From Eledone cirrhosa (taxonomy: Eukaryota), in contig OZ024759.1 of assembly GCA_964016885.1 (NCBI GenBank), forward strand, positions 9,238,001-9,302,000: a stretch of DNA of 64,000 bases. The letters are read 5' to 3'. Below the pieces are notes generated by a model that saw only the letters and a list, made by a program, of their open reading frames with translations, was not told the origin of the DNA and searched no databases. Of this stretch, positions 1 through 13,345 are shown piece after piece; the stretch's first letter is position 1; every line of letters begins with the position of its first letter. Made by a program: the position numbers and the translations under genes.

Positions 1-105
1 GAGAACTGCAGTTAGTGTTCTGTTTGCCAGTTCTGGTCTGTCAACACTAGGTGGCACCACATGACTCATCACAGTGGTTCTTTCAACAATCAGCTGTGCA
101 ACTTC
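1..105 (-). CDS. INTS1: INTS1 exon, runs off the window (EVAQLIVERTTVMSHVVPP...)
   Basis: ttgcag|GAA acceptor; VAxLxVERxTxMSH motif; open to position 1. Confidence 0.87.
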
Positions 106-1671
106 CTGCAACAATGCAAAGTAAAACATGCATTAGAACATCTGCAACTTTCTAAGGAATATATAAAAAATAGTTGTTTCTATTTTGGGCACAAGGCCAG
201 CAATTATCCCAGTACATTACTGGTACTTTATTTTATCGCCCCATAAGGATGAAAGACAAAGTTAACCCCAGCGAGATTTGAACTCAGGTCATAAAGGGAG
301 GTAACTCTACGCATCAAAGCATGGTGTCAGGTTTTCTACCGAAACTGCCAATCCACCACCCCTAGAATGTAGTATAATAAATGTTTCTACTTTAGGCACA
401 AGGCCAGCAATTATCCAGTACATTACTGGTACTTTATTTTATCGACCCCGTAAGGATGAAAGACAAAGTTAACCTCAGCGGGATTTGAACTCAGATCATA
501 AAAGGACGTAACTCTATGCTTCAAAGCATGGCGTCCGACCCTCTACCGATACTGCCAATCCACCGCCTTTATATAAAATATAAAAAATAATAAAACTAAA
601 AAAATATATATGCATGTATATACACTGTATACATATATATATATATCATCATCATCATCACCGTTTTACGTCCGTTCTTCCACACTAGCATGGGTTAGAC
701 GGGTTGTCCTGTTGCGGGCAGTGTCTGGTTGGCTGACCTTGTCTTGCTCATATGGGAACTGATTCTGGCTTGACTTCTACAGCTGGATGCCCTTCCTGAC
801 ACCAACCTCATTTACAGAAAAAATATATATGCATGTATATACACTGTATACATATATATATATATCATCATCATCATCATCATCACCGTTTTACGTCCGT
901 TCTTCCACGCTAGCATGGGTTAGACGGGTTGTCCTGTTGCGGGCAGTGTCCGGTCGGCTGACCTTGTCTTGCTCATATGGGAACTGATTCTGGCTTGACT
1001 TCTACAGCTGGATGCCCTTCCTGACACCAACCTCATTTACAGTGAGGGCTGGGTGCCTTTTTGCCGTGGCACCTCCAAGACCACTTTGCAGTGGAATGAT
1101 AGGGACCCCAGTCCCTATCATCTCATTTCTACAGCTGAGTAAACTGGAGCAATGTGAAATAAAGTGTCTTGCTCAAGGAAACAACACATCACCCGGTCCG
1201 AGAATTGAACTCACAACCTTTCGATTGCTAGACCCACTAGTTGGACCTGGATAATAGGAAAGTTCCTGTTGTAGTGTGATGTGTGTTCATTGAAGATCTG
1301 CTCATTTGAAGACAACCGTGGTATAGAGAGGGAGATGTTTGTTACCAAATTATTAGTAGTGTTCCTTGGATGGTTGGAATAGTGGTGGATATCTAAAGCC
1401 TGTCTTAAGCCAGAAGTCTCATTTGACCAGTGCTTCGGTGCTTCTCCTGGTTTCATGGCGTGAAGCGACTGAGAGTACAAGACTCCCCCCTGGACAGGAT
1501 GCCAGTCCATTGCCGAGTTAAACCTCCAGCTATTGCTGGTACTCATTTAGCAACAGATACAGTACAGTAGCTAAGGGATGTATATATATTTCTGTGTGTA
1601 TATATATATACATTTCTCTGTGTGTAATATATATATATACACACAGAAATATATATACATTTCTGTGTGTG

Positions 1672-1712
<41 letters not shown>

Positions 1713-1848
1713 AATAAATTAACGGAGGCATAGGCCGTCGTTATTCCCTGGTTCACTGCCCTTAAACACGCTGTGACTTCTCTCTCCCACGTGTAGCTGG
1801 ACAGTCAATTGTAAAATTCTCTTAGTGTTGTCTGAAATGTATGGCCTT

Positions 1849-1929
1849 ACACACGCTGATGAACCGAGACTAGACCATTTCTTTCAACAAATTTTCTGGT
1901 GAAACATATCTCTGGATTTGTACGTGTGT
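1849..1929 (+). ncRNA. Type I hammerhead ribozyme
   Basis: Stem I ACACACG/CGUGUGU; CUGAUGA at 1856-1862; stem II ACC...GGU; GAAA at 1901-1904; stem III CAUAUC/GAUUUG; GUA cleavage triplet at 1920-1922. Confidence 0.85.
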
Positions 1930-2091
1930 TATATAGTTATAGAGGTATTTATTTACGCTTTAATTTATATTTTTAATTATCGTGTCTATAGTCTGCCTTT
2001 CAGAGGTTATAGATTCCATACACTGGTGGTTTTTTCCCTGTATTATTGATAACGCACTATATATCTCTCTCTGGTGTGTTACCTTCTCAAC

Positions 2092-2135
<44 letters not shown>

Positions 2136-2236
2136 AATATATATATATTTCTGTGTGTATATATATATACATTTCTCTGTGTGTAATATATATATATATA
2201 TACACACACAGAAATATATATACATTTCTGTGTGTG

Positions 2237-2284
<48 letters not shown>

Positions 2285-2599
2285 CATGTCTTCAGCCTTT
2301 ATAGTGAGTCTGGGCTAGATGTGAAATGAAGGGTTTTGCTCAAGAACACAACACGCAACCCAGGAATCGAACCTACGACATTATGGTCGTAAGTCCAACA
2401 CTCTTGCCTCCACATAGTGGTGGATATAGAGTAAGTTATACCCGCTTCTGGCGTTTCAGTTTGGATCTAGCTGTTGAAATGGTCGGAGCTCAGCCATCAG
2501 CGTCACAAATTTTTCATATTACCCACTCTACTTCCCCAAGTATCAAGTACTCTGGTGAGTAATGGTCTAACTGGCTTTTACTGCCTCCATTCTGATTAT

Positions 2600-3347
2600 A
2601 TATATATATTGTTATACTATTGTTAGTTTTCTGTATGTGTGTGTCTGTGTGTGTGGACAATTTTTAATGAGGGCTCATATATTCTAAATCATTCATGCGA
2701 TTTCTTTGAAATTTTTTACAGAGCTTCTCCTTGCACAAAACCTGTACATGATCTACAAAGGCTATGAAAAATCTATATTGGGGCCTTTGGAGACATTAAA
2801 AAAGTTTCGGTTATTTGTGTGAATTTTCGTGATTAAGTAAGACAAGAGTTATCTTTCGCAATTCGGCTCATTTGGATTTTAATTTACTCTTTGTACTTGA
2901 AACAAAAGTACGCTTCCTTGAGACTAACAATATCATTTTGTATATTTCACAACCAGCAATTTCTAACAGATTACTAAGTTAAGTTATAGATTTGACATTG
3001 TATAATTTATCGTTTCAAGCTTGATGTTCATACATTAAGTGATGTCATAACTTTTACAATATTATGCTTTGTACTTAATAGTGTCTATTATTCACTTCAC
3101 TTCTCTATTTCATGATGCGCTTTTACTGTTGTCAAAAATATTTATACCTAGACTGAATTTCTGTTGTTACATGGTATAACGGATGACACCGAGCTCACAT
3201 ATGAATTATTTCGCTGGAATAGTGCCTAAGGTTTCCATGTTTACATAAAATACGTTTATCTTCTATGTATTCAAATTTACTTTGTTTAATTTAATGAGCT
3301 ACATCGAAAGCTACTTAAACCGTCCAAAGGACTGGTAGTTTAGCTAG
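2600..3347 (+). mobile_element. Helitron-like non-autonomous element
   Basis: Ends in the hairpin CCGTCCaaaGGACtGG followed by CTAG|T. Similar termini at ~12045 (+) and 63538 (-). Confidence 0.5.
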
Positions 3348-4169
3348 TATATATATTTATCATCATTCATCATTTCATTTCATTTTACGTCCGCTTTTTC
3401 CCTGCTTGCAAGGGTGGGACAGGAACTGATTCTGGCTTGATTTCTACAGCTGGATGCGCTTCCTAACACCAACCTCATTTACAGTGAGTGGTGGGTGCTT
3501 TTTTGCCGTGGCACCTCCACGACCACTTTGCAGTGGAATGATACGGACTCCAGTCCCTATCATCTCATTTCTACAGCTGAGTAAACTGGAGCAATGTGAA
3601 ATAAAGTGTCTTGCTCAAGGAAACAACACATCACCCGGTCTGAGAATTGAACTCACAACCTTTCGATTGCAAGTCCAATGCTCTAACCACTGAGCCATGT
3701 GCCTCCATATATAAAATTATATAAATACACGTATGTGTATATATATATATATAAACACTTATACATATAATATATCCCTTCCATACACTGTACCGATTGT
3801 GTTGTTATTTCTGTTTACCTTTTACATACGGGGTCCTAACTCTTTTCCTATTACCCACTCTACTACCCTAAGTATTGAGTACTTTGATGCGTTATGGTCC
3901 ACCTGGTTCCTTACCACAATTCCTTTGTTATATATATACATATATATATATATATACATAGATGAGTGTATAAGCTGCATCTTTTTCTACAAAAATACAT
4001 GTAAACCAATATATGACTTATGAGAGAGAGAGAGAGAGAGGGAGGAGGTAGAGGGGGAGAAAGAGGAGAGTGGGGAGGAGAGGGGCCAGAGGAGAGAGGG
4101 GGAGATGGGAGGAAAGGAAAGTGGAGAGGTCAGAGAGGGGGAGAGGAGAAAGAGAGAGTATGTACTTAC

Positions 4170-4274
4170 AAATGCCAGGTCATCCAAGTTCTGTAAAGTA
4201 ACGTCCTTAACATGACGGTCCAAGAAGATGACATAGGCACTGACCAGCGACGGATCAGTCTCTACACGACAGGC
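4170..4274 (-). CDS. INTS1: INTS1 exon (ACRVETDPSLVSAYVIFLDRHVKDVTLQNLDDLAF)
   Basis: ttcag|GCC acceptor and TTT|gtaagt donor; 105 bp; ETDP..SAY motif. Confidence 0.9.
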
Positions 4275-4292
4275 CTGAAGTGAGGGAGAGAG

Positions 4293-5816
4293 AGAGGTGA
4301 GTGGTAGAGAGAGGTGAGTCAGTGGTAGAGAGAGGTGAGTCAGTGGTAGAGAGTGGTGAGTCAGTAGTAGAGAGAGGTGAGTCAGTGGTGGAGAGAGGTG
4401 AGTCAGTGGTAGAGAGTGGTGAGTCAGTGGTAGAGAGAGGCGAGTCAGTGGTGGAGAGAGGTCAGTCAGTGGTAGAGAGAGGTGAGTCAGTGGTAGCGAG
4501 AGGTCAGTCAGTGGTAGAGAGGTCAGTCAGTGGTAGAGAGAGGTGAGTCAGTGGTAGAGAGTGGTGAGTCAGTGGTAGAGAGTGGTGAGTCAGTGGTAGA
4601 GAGTGGTGAGTCAGTGGTAGAGAGAGGCGAGTCAGTGGTGGAGAGAGGTCAGTCAGTGGTAGAGAGAGGTCAGTCAGTGGTAGAGAGAGGTGAGTCAGTG
4701 GTAGAGAGAGGTCAGTCAGTGGTGGAGAGAGGTCAGTCAGTGGTAGAGAGAGGTGAGTCAGTGGTAGAGAGAGGTGAGTCAGTGGTAGAGAGAGGTGAGT
4801 CAGTGGTAGAGAGTGGTGAGTCAGTGGTAGAGAGAGGTCAGTCAGTGGTAGAGAGAGGTGAGTCAGTGGTAGAGAGGTGAGTCAGTGGTAGAGAGAGAGG
4901 TGAGTCAGTGGTAGAGAGAGGTCAGTCAGTGGTAGAGAGGTCAGTCAGTGGTAGAGAGAGGTGAGTCAGTGGTGGAGAGAGGTCAGTGAGTGGTAGAGAG
5001 AGGTGAGTCAGTGGTAGAGAGTGGTGAGTCAGTGGTAGAGAGAGGCGAGTCAGTGGTAGAGAGGTCAGTCAGTGGTAGAGAGAGGTGAGTCAGTGGTAGA
5101 GAGGTGAGTCAGTGGTAGAGAGGTGAGTCAGTGGTAGAAAGAGGTCAGTCAGTGGTAGAGAGAGGTGAGTCAGTGGTAGAGAGAGGTGAGTCAGTGGTAG
5201 AGAGTGGTCAGTCAGTGGTAGAGAGAGGTGAGTCAGTGGTAGAGAGGTCAGTCAGTGGTAGAGAGAGGTCAGTCAGTGGTAGAGAGAGAGGTGAGTCAGT
5301 GGTAGAGAGAGGTGAGTCAGTGGTGGAGAGAGGTCAGTCAGTGATAGAGAGAGGTGAGTCAGTGGTAGAGAGAGGTGAGTCAGTGGTAGAGAGGTGAGTC
5401 AGTGGTAGAGAGAGAGGTGAGTCAGTGGTAGAGAGAGGTCAGTCAGTGGTAGAGAGGTCAGTCAGTGGTAGAGAGGTCAGTCAATGGTAGAGAGAGGTGT
5501 CAGTGGTAGAGAGAGGTGAGTCAGTGGTAGAGAGAGGTCAGTCAATGGTAGAGAGAGGTGAGTCAGTGGTAGAGAGAGGTCAGTCAATGGTAGAGAGAGG
5601 TGAGTCAGTGGTAGAGAGAGGTCAGTCAGTGGTAGAGAGGTCAGTCAGTGGTAGAGAGAGGTCAGTCAATGGTAGAGAGAGGTGTCAGTGGTAGAGAGAG
5701 GTGAGTCAGTGGTAGAGAGAGGTGAGTCAGTGGTAGAGAGAGGTGAGTCAGTGGTAGAGAGGTCAGTCAGTGGTAGAGAGAGGTGAGTCAGTGGTAGAGA
5801 GAGGTCAGTCAGTGGT
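4293..5816. repeat. ~21-bp minisatellite (GAGAGAGGTGAGTCAGTGGTA)
   Basis: Visible tandem units of 19-23 bp. Confidence 0.97.
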
Positions 5817-5937
5817 GACCATCTATATGCAAGTTATAATCATCTGACCTAACTTGTCTTCGACCATCATGACCTGTCCAACCCATGCTAGCATGGAATT
5901 TGGTAATGAGGATGATGGTGATTATATTGTTGATGGA

Positions 5938-6482
5938 ACACACCACACTACACCACACTATACACCACACTACACCATACACACTACACCACACCACACC
6001 AAACATCACACACCACACCAAACATCACACACCACAACATACCACACCACACTACACCACACACCAAACATCACACACCACACCACACCATACATCACAC
6101 ACTACACCACACCACACTACACCACACCATACCACACCATATATCATACACCACACCACATCACACCATACTACACCACACCACACATCATACACCACAC
6201 CATACCACACACCACACCATACATGACACACCACACCACAACATACCACACCACACACCATACTACACTACACCACACCATACATCGCACACTACACCAC
6301 ACCACACCACACCATACAACACCACACCACATCACACCATACTACACTACACCACACATCATACACCATACTACACCACATCACACCACACCAAACATCA
6401 CACACCACACCATACACCATACCACCCCACACCCCACCCCACCACACCACACCACACCACACCATACACCACACACCACACA
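5938..6482. repeat. (CACCA)n-like degenerate microsatellite
   Basis: Pentamer-based low-complexity tract. Confidence 0.95.
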
Positions 6483-6524
6483 AACAAAAATAAAAACCAC
6501 CAAAGGAGAAGTGTTGCCGCTGAC

Positions 6525-6707
6525 CTTTCGAATTGCATAGCAGGCCCTTGCTGTGAGGGAATCGAAGAGAGGGAGGCTGGGCAAGTAGAGAAGCAGCCAT
6601 TTATGTTGTGGTAGCAACTTGAGGAACTGTTCCTCTTCTTCATCTACTTTGATGGGTTCAATCTCAGACGGGGGAATGTGGGACATTGATACCACAAGGG
6701 ACAGGCC
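6525..6707 (-). CDS. INTS1: INTS1 exon (GLSLVVSMSH...WLLLYLPSLPLFDSLTARACYAIRK)
   Basis: aacag|GGC acceptor and AAG|gtcagc donor; 183 bp; GLSLV and WLL..LP.LPLFDS motifs. Confidence 0.9.
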
Positions 6708-6867
6708 CTGTTAATGAAGACACATGATGCTTTTATTAGATAAATTTAAAAAAAAAAAAACAAAAAAAAAACAAGCAAACAAACAGGCAAATAAATAAAA
6801 TAAAACAAATTTAGCTGAATTTAAACAAATATCGCTTAATTTAACGCTTGAAATAAAAGGAAAAGAG

Positions 6868-6904
6868 TCTTAATGTTTCAGATACTAGTCCTTCATCAGA
6901 AGAT
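6868..6904 (-). ncRNA. Decayed minimal hammerhead motif; same family at 17575-17606 (-) and 17950-17986 (+)
   Basis: UCUU CUGAUGA AGGACUAGUAUCU GAAA CAUU AAGA. The three copies point to a consensus CUGAUGA A GGAC uagc GUCC GAAACGUU with CpG-type decay. Confidence 0.6.
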
Positions 6905-7055
6905 AGAACTCAAAATAAAAGATAAACTAGAAAGAGAAAGAGTGAGAAGAAGAAGGAACGTGAAAAAAGCCGTCCGTATTAGGTGACACACCTCCATTAT
7001 ACTAACTAGTCTTAATTAGAATTAACGAAGCTGGTGTAATGATCAACAATGTTAC

Positions 7056-7205
7056 CTTGATGGCGAGACTTCGACTTGAAGCTTGACTAGATGAGAGTCT
7101 CTTGAAGAAATAATCCATCACTTCAAAAGTGGTGCTGCTGTCACTTGATGGACTGTGAACCAACATTTGTAGTTTAGCCAACAGCTGCTCTTGTTTCTTC
7201 ATTTT
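7056..7205 (-). CDS. INTS1: INTS1 exon (KMKKQEQLLAKLQ...FEVMDYFFKRLSSSQASSRSLAIK)
   Basis: tctag|AAA acceptor and AAG|gtaaca donor; 150 bp. Confidence 0.9.
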
Positions 7206-7324
7206 CTAGACACAGAACAATGGAAATTGTTAAAATATTAAAACTGACATGACTACATACACATATACATATATTAATAAAACATCGGAGGCCATAATCA
7301 GTTGATTCAGGTTTATTTAAAACT

Positions 7325-7382
7325 CCGTTATACATATTTCACTGAGGTCTATCAGTTATGGCAGCCTGAGCTCTTCAGACGG
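7325..7382 (-). ncRNA. Type I minimal hammerhead ribozyme (INTS1 sense strand)
   Basis: Minus strand reads CCGU CUGAAGA GCUCAGG...CCUCAGU GAAA UAUGUA UA ACGG. Stem I CCGU/ACGG; near-palindromic short stem III. Confidence 0.82.
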
Positions 7383-7905
7383 CAAAACCTAAAAAAACTT
7401 GAAAACATTGAAAGTTTCTAAAAAAATCCTTTAAGTTTTGAAAAATCCAATAATTTCCCTGAAAAAGATTTTCTTTTCATGATACAGGGGGCCAGCCGAA
7501 CATGTGGTGTTGTTTCTTCAATGGCTGGCCCTTGTATGGCCCTAAGAATTTTAGTGGAAGTGTTGGTCAGTTCAGGTCCCAAGTCACTATCGCCTGATGT
7601 TTAGTTTAGGAAGTAAGGAAATCAGCTAGTAGCCCTGCCCCCTATCAGTCAGTAGTTGTCACATCTCCCCCCAAGTCCATATTGTCCACAGGTCGACAAC
7701 AGCTGTCGATATTATAACCAATACCAAGAAGTAACTATACAATAAATACATTAAAATACAGAAATAAATTAATTAAAAACAAAAGCAAAGGTTATATTAA
7801 AGGAGATGAATAAGTGGGAGAGAGATAATTATAATGAAAATAAAAAAATAAAGAAATATCTGTCTGTAGGCCTAAGCTATATATAACGTATCTATTATAG
7901 TTTAA

Positions 7906-8327
7906 CCCTTTAGCAATCACATTACTCTATATATACTATTGTATTTTCATGGTAAAAGCTTTACCCCACATAATATCTCATATAACATTTACATTACTCT
8001 ATATATACTATTGTATTTTCATGGTAAAGACTTTATCTCACATAATATCTCGCATAACATTTACATTACTCTATATATACTATTGTATTTTCATGGTAAA
8101 GACTTTATCTCACATAATATCTCACATAACATTTACATTACTCTATATATACTATTGTATTGTCACAGTAAAGGGTTTACTTCACATAATATCTCATATA
8201 ATATCGAATCTATGAGATTTTGAAAGTATTTATTTTGAGAACAATACCATAACATCAGTTTGAGCCAGTTTCAACAGAAAAAGGGAGAGAATTCTGACCG
8301 GTTTAGGCCGGTTTGAACATTGATGGG
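7906..8327 (+). mobile_element. piggyBac-type MITE with an internal 59-bp tandem repeat
   Basis: TTAA|CCCTTT...GGG|TTAA ends. Confidence 0.8.
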
Positions 8328-8339
8328 TTAACTGGTTTG

Positions 8340-10006
8340 AAATAGCTGGAAGCAAGATAACCGTATTCCTTGCTAGTTCCCCGATCAAGCTCAACAGATT
8401 ACATCCAGATGTAAATAGCTGGAAGCAAGATAGCCGTATTCCTCGCTAGTTCCCCGATCAAGCTCAACAGATTACATCCAGATGTAAATAGCTGGAAGCA
8501 AGATAACCGTATTCCTCGCTAGTTCCCCGATCAAGCTCAACAGATTACATCCAGATGTAAATAGCTGGAAGCAAGATAGCCGTATTCCTTGCTAGTTCCC
8601 CGATCAAGCTCAACAGATTACATCCAGATGTAAATAGCTGGAAGCAAGATAGCCGTATTCCTTGCTAGTTCCCCGATCAAGCTCAACAGATTACATCCAG
8701 ATGTAAATAGCTGGAAGCAAGATAGCCGTATTCCTCGCCAGTTCCCCGATCAAGCTCAACAGATTACATCCAGATGTAAATAGCTGGAAGCAAGATAGCC
8801 ATATTCCTCGCTAGTTCCCCGATCAAGCTCAACAGATTACATCCAGATGTAAATAGCTGGAAGCAAGATAGCCGTATTCCTCGCTAGTTCCCCGATCAAG
8901 CTCAACAGATTACATCCAGATGTAAATAGCTGGAAGCAAGATAGCTGTATTCCTCGCTAGTTCCCCAATCAAGCTCAACAGATTACATCCAGATGTAAAT
9001 AGCTGGAAGCAAGATAGCCGTATTCCTTGCTAGTTCCCCGATCAAGCTCAACAGATTACATCCAGATGTAAATAGCTGGAAGCAAGATAGCCGTATTCCT
9101 CGCTAGTTCCCCGATCAAGCTCAACAGATTACATCCAGATGTAAATAGCTGGAAGCAAGATAGCCGTATTCCTTGCTAGTTCCCCGATCAAGCTCAACAG
9201 ATTACATCCAGATGTAAATAGCTGGAAGCAAGATAGCCGTATTCCTCGCTAGTTCCCCAATCAAGCTCAACAGATTACATCCAGATGTAAATAGCTGGAA
9301 GCAAGATAGCCGTATTCCTCGCTAGTTCCCCAATCAAGCTCAACAGATTACATCCAGATGTAAATAGCTGGAAGCAAGATAGCCGTATTCCTCGCTAGTT
9401 CCCCAATCAAGCTCAACAGATTACATCCAGATGTAAATAGCTGGAAGCAAGATAGCCGTATTCCTCGCTAGTTCCCCAATCAAGCTCAACAGATTACATC
9501 CAGATGTAAATAGCTGGAAGCAAGATAGCCGTATTCCTCGCTAGTTCCCCGATCAAGCTCAACAGATTACATCCAGATGTAAATAGCTGGAAGCAAGATA
9601 GCCGTATTCCTCGCTAGTTCCCCAATCAAGCTCAACAGATTACATCCAGATGTAAATAGCTGGAAGCAAGATAGCCGTATTCCTCGCTAGTTCCCCGATC
9701 AAGCTCAACAGATTACATCCAGATGTAAATAGCTGGAAGCAAGATAGCCGTATTCCTCGCTAGTTCCCCAATCAAGCTCAACAGATTACATCCAGATGTA
9801 AATAGCTGGAAGCAAGATAGCCGTATTCCTCGCTAGTTCCCCGATCAAGCTCAACAGATTACATCCAGATGTAAATAGCTGGAAGCAAGATAGCCGTATT
9901 CCTCGCTAGGTCTCAGATCAAGCTCAACAGATTACATCCAGATGTAAATAGCTGGAAGCAAGATAGCCGTATTCCCAATCAAGCTCAACAGATTACATCC
10001 AGATGT
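8340..10006. repeat. 73-bp minisatellite, about 22 copies
   Basis: Unit AAATAGCTGGAAGCAAGATAGCC...TTACATCCAGATGT. Confidence 0.97.
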
Positions 10007-10544
10007 CACATTCCTCGTCTTCCGGGGACTCAAGTACTCAATCAGTGGAACATTAAAGTGAAATTTTACGATATATAAAGGGAATGTCCAGGAGGGGGTT
10101 AGACAGTAGGATTGTTCCCTGTTGTTTGTATGAAATATCCGTGAAACCGATCAAGGTCTCTGGGCCAACATGCCTGACTGGTAAGGAACTATTAGGTGGT
10201 TCCTTTACCAATTAAACAGTGTAGGCTAATCTAAGGTAAGTTAAAGTGATGATCAAAGTAAGGCATGTGAAGAAGAATTAGAAATAAATGAAAATACAGT
10301 AAAGTAGGTTTAGTCTGACTTAAGATAACTTAAAGGAAATAGCAGAGTGAGACTCATGAGGATGAATAAGAGATAAATTAAAGTTAGAGTTAATTTGGGT
10401 TGGCAGGCAGTCGAAGAGAAAAAGGGAAAAAGTATGGTATGCAACAATATATGGGATAACGAGATACGGGGGTAGAGAAAGAAAATAAGTACATATAATA
10501 AAGGCAATATAGCTATTAAGTGGTCAAACTGGTGGACTAATAGT

Positions 10545-11898
10545 AACTTATTAAACTGTTAAATAACAGAATACACTGTTATATTACCTTAGATATAACT
10601 TATTAAACTGTTAAATAACAGAACACACTGTTATATAACCTTAGATATAACTTATTAAACTGTTAAATAACAGAATACACTGTTATATTACCTTAGATAT
10701 AACTCATTAAACTGTTAAATAACAGAATACACTGTTATATAACCTTAGATATAACTTATTAAACTGTTAAATAACAGAATACACTGTTATATAACCTTAG
10801 ATATAACTTATTAAACTGTTAAATAACAGAATACACTGTTATATAACCTTAGATATAACTTATTAAACTGTTAAATAACAGAATACACTGTTATATAACC
10901 TTAGATATAACTTATTAAACTGTTAAATAACAGAATACACTGTTATATAACCTTAGATATAACTTATTAAACTGTTAAATAACAGAATACACTGTTATAT
11001 AACCTTAGATATAACTTATTAAACTGTTAAATAACAGAATACACTGTTATATAACCTTAGATATAACTTATTAAACTGTTAAATAACAGAATACACTGTT
11101 ATATAACCTTAGATATAACTCATTAAACTGTTAAATAACAGAATACACTGTTATATAACCTTAGATATAACTTATTAAACTGTTAAATAACAGAATACAC
11201 TGTTATATAACCTTAGATATAACTTATTAAACTGTTAAATAACAGAATACACTGTTATATAACCTTAGATATAACTTATTAAACTGTTAAATAACAGAAT
11301 ACACTGTTATATAACCTTAGATATAACTTATTAAACTGTTAAATAACAGAACACACTGTTATATAACCTTAGATATAACTTATTAAACTGTTAAATAACA
11401 GAATACACTGTTATATTACCTTAGATATAACTCATTAAACTGTTAAATAACAGAATACACTGTTATATAACCTTAGATATAACTTATTAAACTGTTAAAT
11501 AACAGAATACACTGTTATATAACCTTAGATATAACTTATTAAACTGTTAAATAACAGAATACACTGTTATATAACCTTAGATATAACTTATTAAACTGTT
11601 AAATAACAGAACACACTTATATAACCTTAGAAATAACTTATTAAACTGTTAAATAACAGAATACAGTTATATAACCTTAGATATAACTGATTAAACTGTT
11701 AAATAACAGAATACACTGTTATATAACCTTAGATATAACTTATTAAACTGTTAAATAACAGAACACACTTATATAACCTTAGAAATAACTTATTAAACTG
11801 TTAAATAACAGAATACAGTTATATAACCTTAGATATAACTGATTAAACTGTTAAATAACAGAATACACTGTTATATAACCTTAGATATAACTTATTAA
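10545..11898. repeat. 52-bp AT-rich minisatellite, about 26 copies
   Basis: Unit AACTTATTAAACTGTTAAATAACAGAATACACTGTTATATAACCTTAGATAT. Confidence 0.97.
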
Positions 11899-12100
11899 GA
11901 ACAGAGTGTCAGGTGCTCAGCTTTTTTACAAAATAAAATTGACTCTTTGCCATTTTCACATATCTGTGTACTTCGGAAAAGATGGGTTAGGGCTGAAGCT
12001 TTGAGAAGGAAAATTATGAGAACTTATTTCACACGGGCCAACTAGTATTAATAATATGGAGCAGGAATGAAGTATCAATATAACATCATTATGTTTATTT

Positions 12101-12192
12101 ACACGTGACATGTGTTTCATGATCGATCAGCTCTAGGTACGATCCAGTAGTGATCATGCCCAACTCTGGAATTGATAGCTCATCAGACATAT
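12101..12192 (-). ncRNA. Hammerhead ribozyme with long stem II, partly decayed
   Basis: Minus strand reads AUAUGU CUGAUGA [~65-nt imperfect hairpin] GAAA CACAUG UC ACGUGU. GUC triplet present; the base of stem II is mismatched. Confidence 0.6.
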
Positions 12193-12224
12193 ATATATAT
12201 ATATATATATACACATACATGCAC

Positions 12225-13274
12225 TTCTCTAAGACAATGCCACTGGATCGAGATCTTGAGAGCTACGCAGTAATACAGAAGACCCGCCTCGTCTATGTAC
12301 AAAGCGAAACCTACAGTCAGTAGGCACCTCTTAACCAAATATACACCCCATCCCACTAGCCTTACTCCATCCTCCCACTCCCACCAACACCACCCCTTTC
12401 TCTGTAAAGTTATGTTGGTACCACAACATCCAGTCCAAACTAAAGAGGTTGTGTAGGTGTCACTACAAAAAGCACCCAGTTGTACACTGTAAAGTGGTCA
12501 TGTAGGAGACATGGTAAAAAGGCTCCCAGTCCACACTAATGTGGTCATGTAGGAGACATGGTAAAAAGGCTCCCAGTCCACACTAATGTGGTCATGTAGG
12601 AGACATGGTAAAAAGGCTCCCAGTCCACACTGTAATGTGGTCATGTAGGAGACATGGTAAAAAGGCTCCCAGTCCACACTGTAATGTGGTCATGTAGGAG
12701 ACATGGTAAAAAGGCTCCTAGTCCACACTAATGTGGTCATGTAGGAGACATGGTAAAAAGGCTCCCAGTCCACACTGTAATGTGGTCATGTAGGAGACAT
12801 GGTAAAAAGGCTCCCAGTCCACACTAATGTGGTCATGTAGGAGACATGGTAAAAAGGCTCCCAGTCCACACTGTAATGTGGTCATGTAGGAGACATGGTA
12901 AAAAGGCTCCCAGTCCACACTAATGTGGTCATGTAGGAGACATGGTAAAAAGGCTCCCAGTCCACACTGTAATGTGGTCATGTAGGAGACATGGTAAAAA
13001 GGCTCCCAGTCCACACTGTAATGTGGTCATGTAGGAGACATGGTAAAAAGGCTCCCAGTCCACACTGTAATGTGGTGAGAAGGAGACACGGTAAAAAGGC
13101 TCCCAGTCCACACTGTAAACGGGGTTGGTGTTAAGAAGGACATCCAGCCATAGAAAACCTGCCAGATACAGTTCTATACGAGCGAGACACGGTCACCCAA
13201 TCAGTCTTGCCTCAAGTGGGACAATTCCTGTCTAACCCATGCTAGCGTTGAAGATAGAAGTTAAACGATGATGA

Positions 13275-13278
<4 letters not shown>
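12225..13278 (+). mobile_element. RTE LINE 3' fragment with an internal 47/49-bp tandem expansion
   Basis: Similar to 22590-23067; (GAT)n tail; about 13 units at 12485-13117. Confidence 0.85.

Positions 13279-13345
<67 letters not shown>

Noticed and set aside
2738-2815. Possible decayed GIY-YIG endonuclease (..KGYEK/IYIG..)
   Set aside because: It needs a frameshift and several substitutions, and the surrounding segment ends like a Helitron. Too weak to call.
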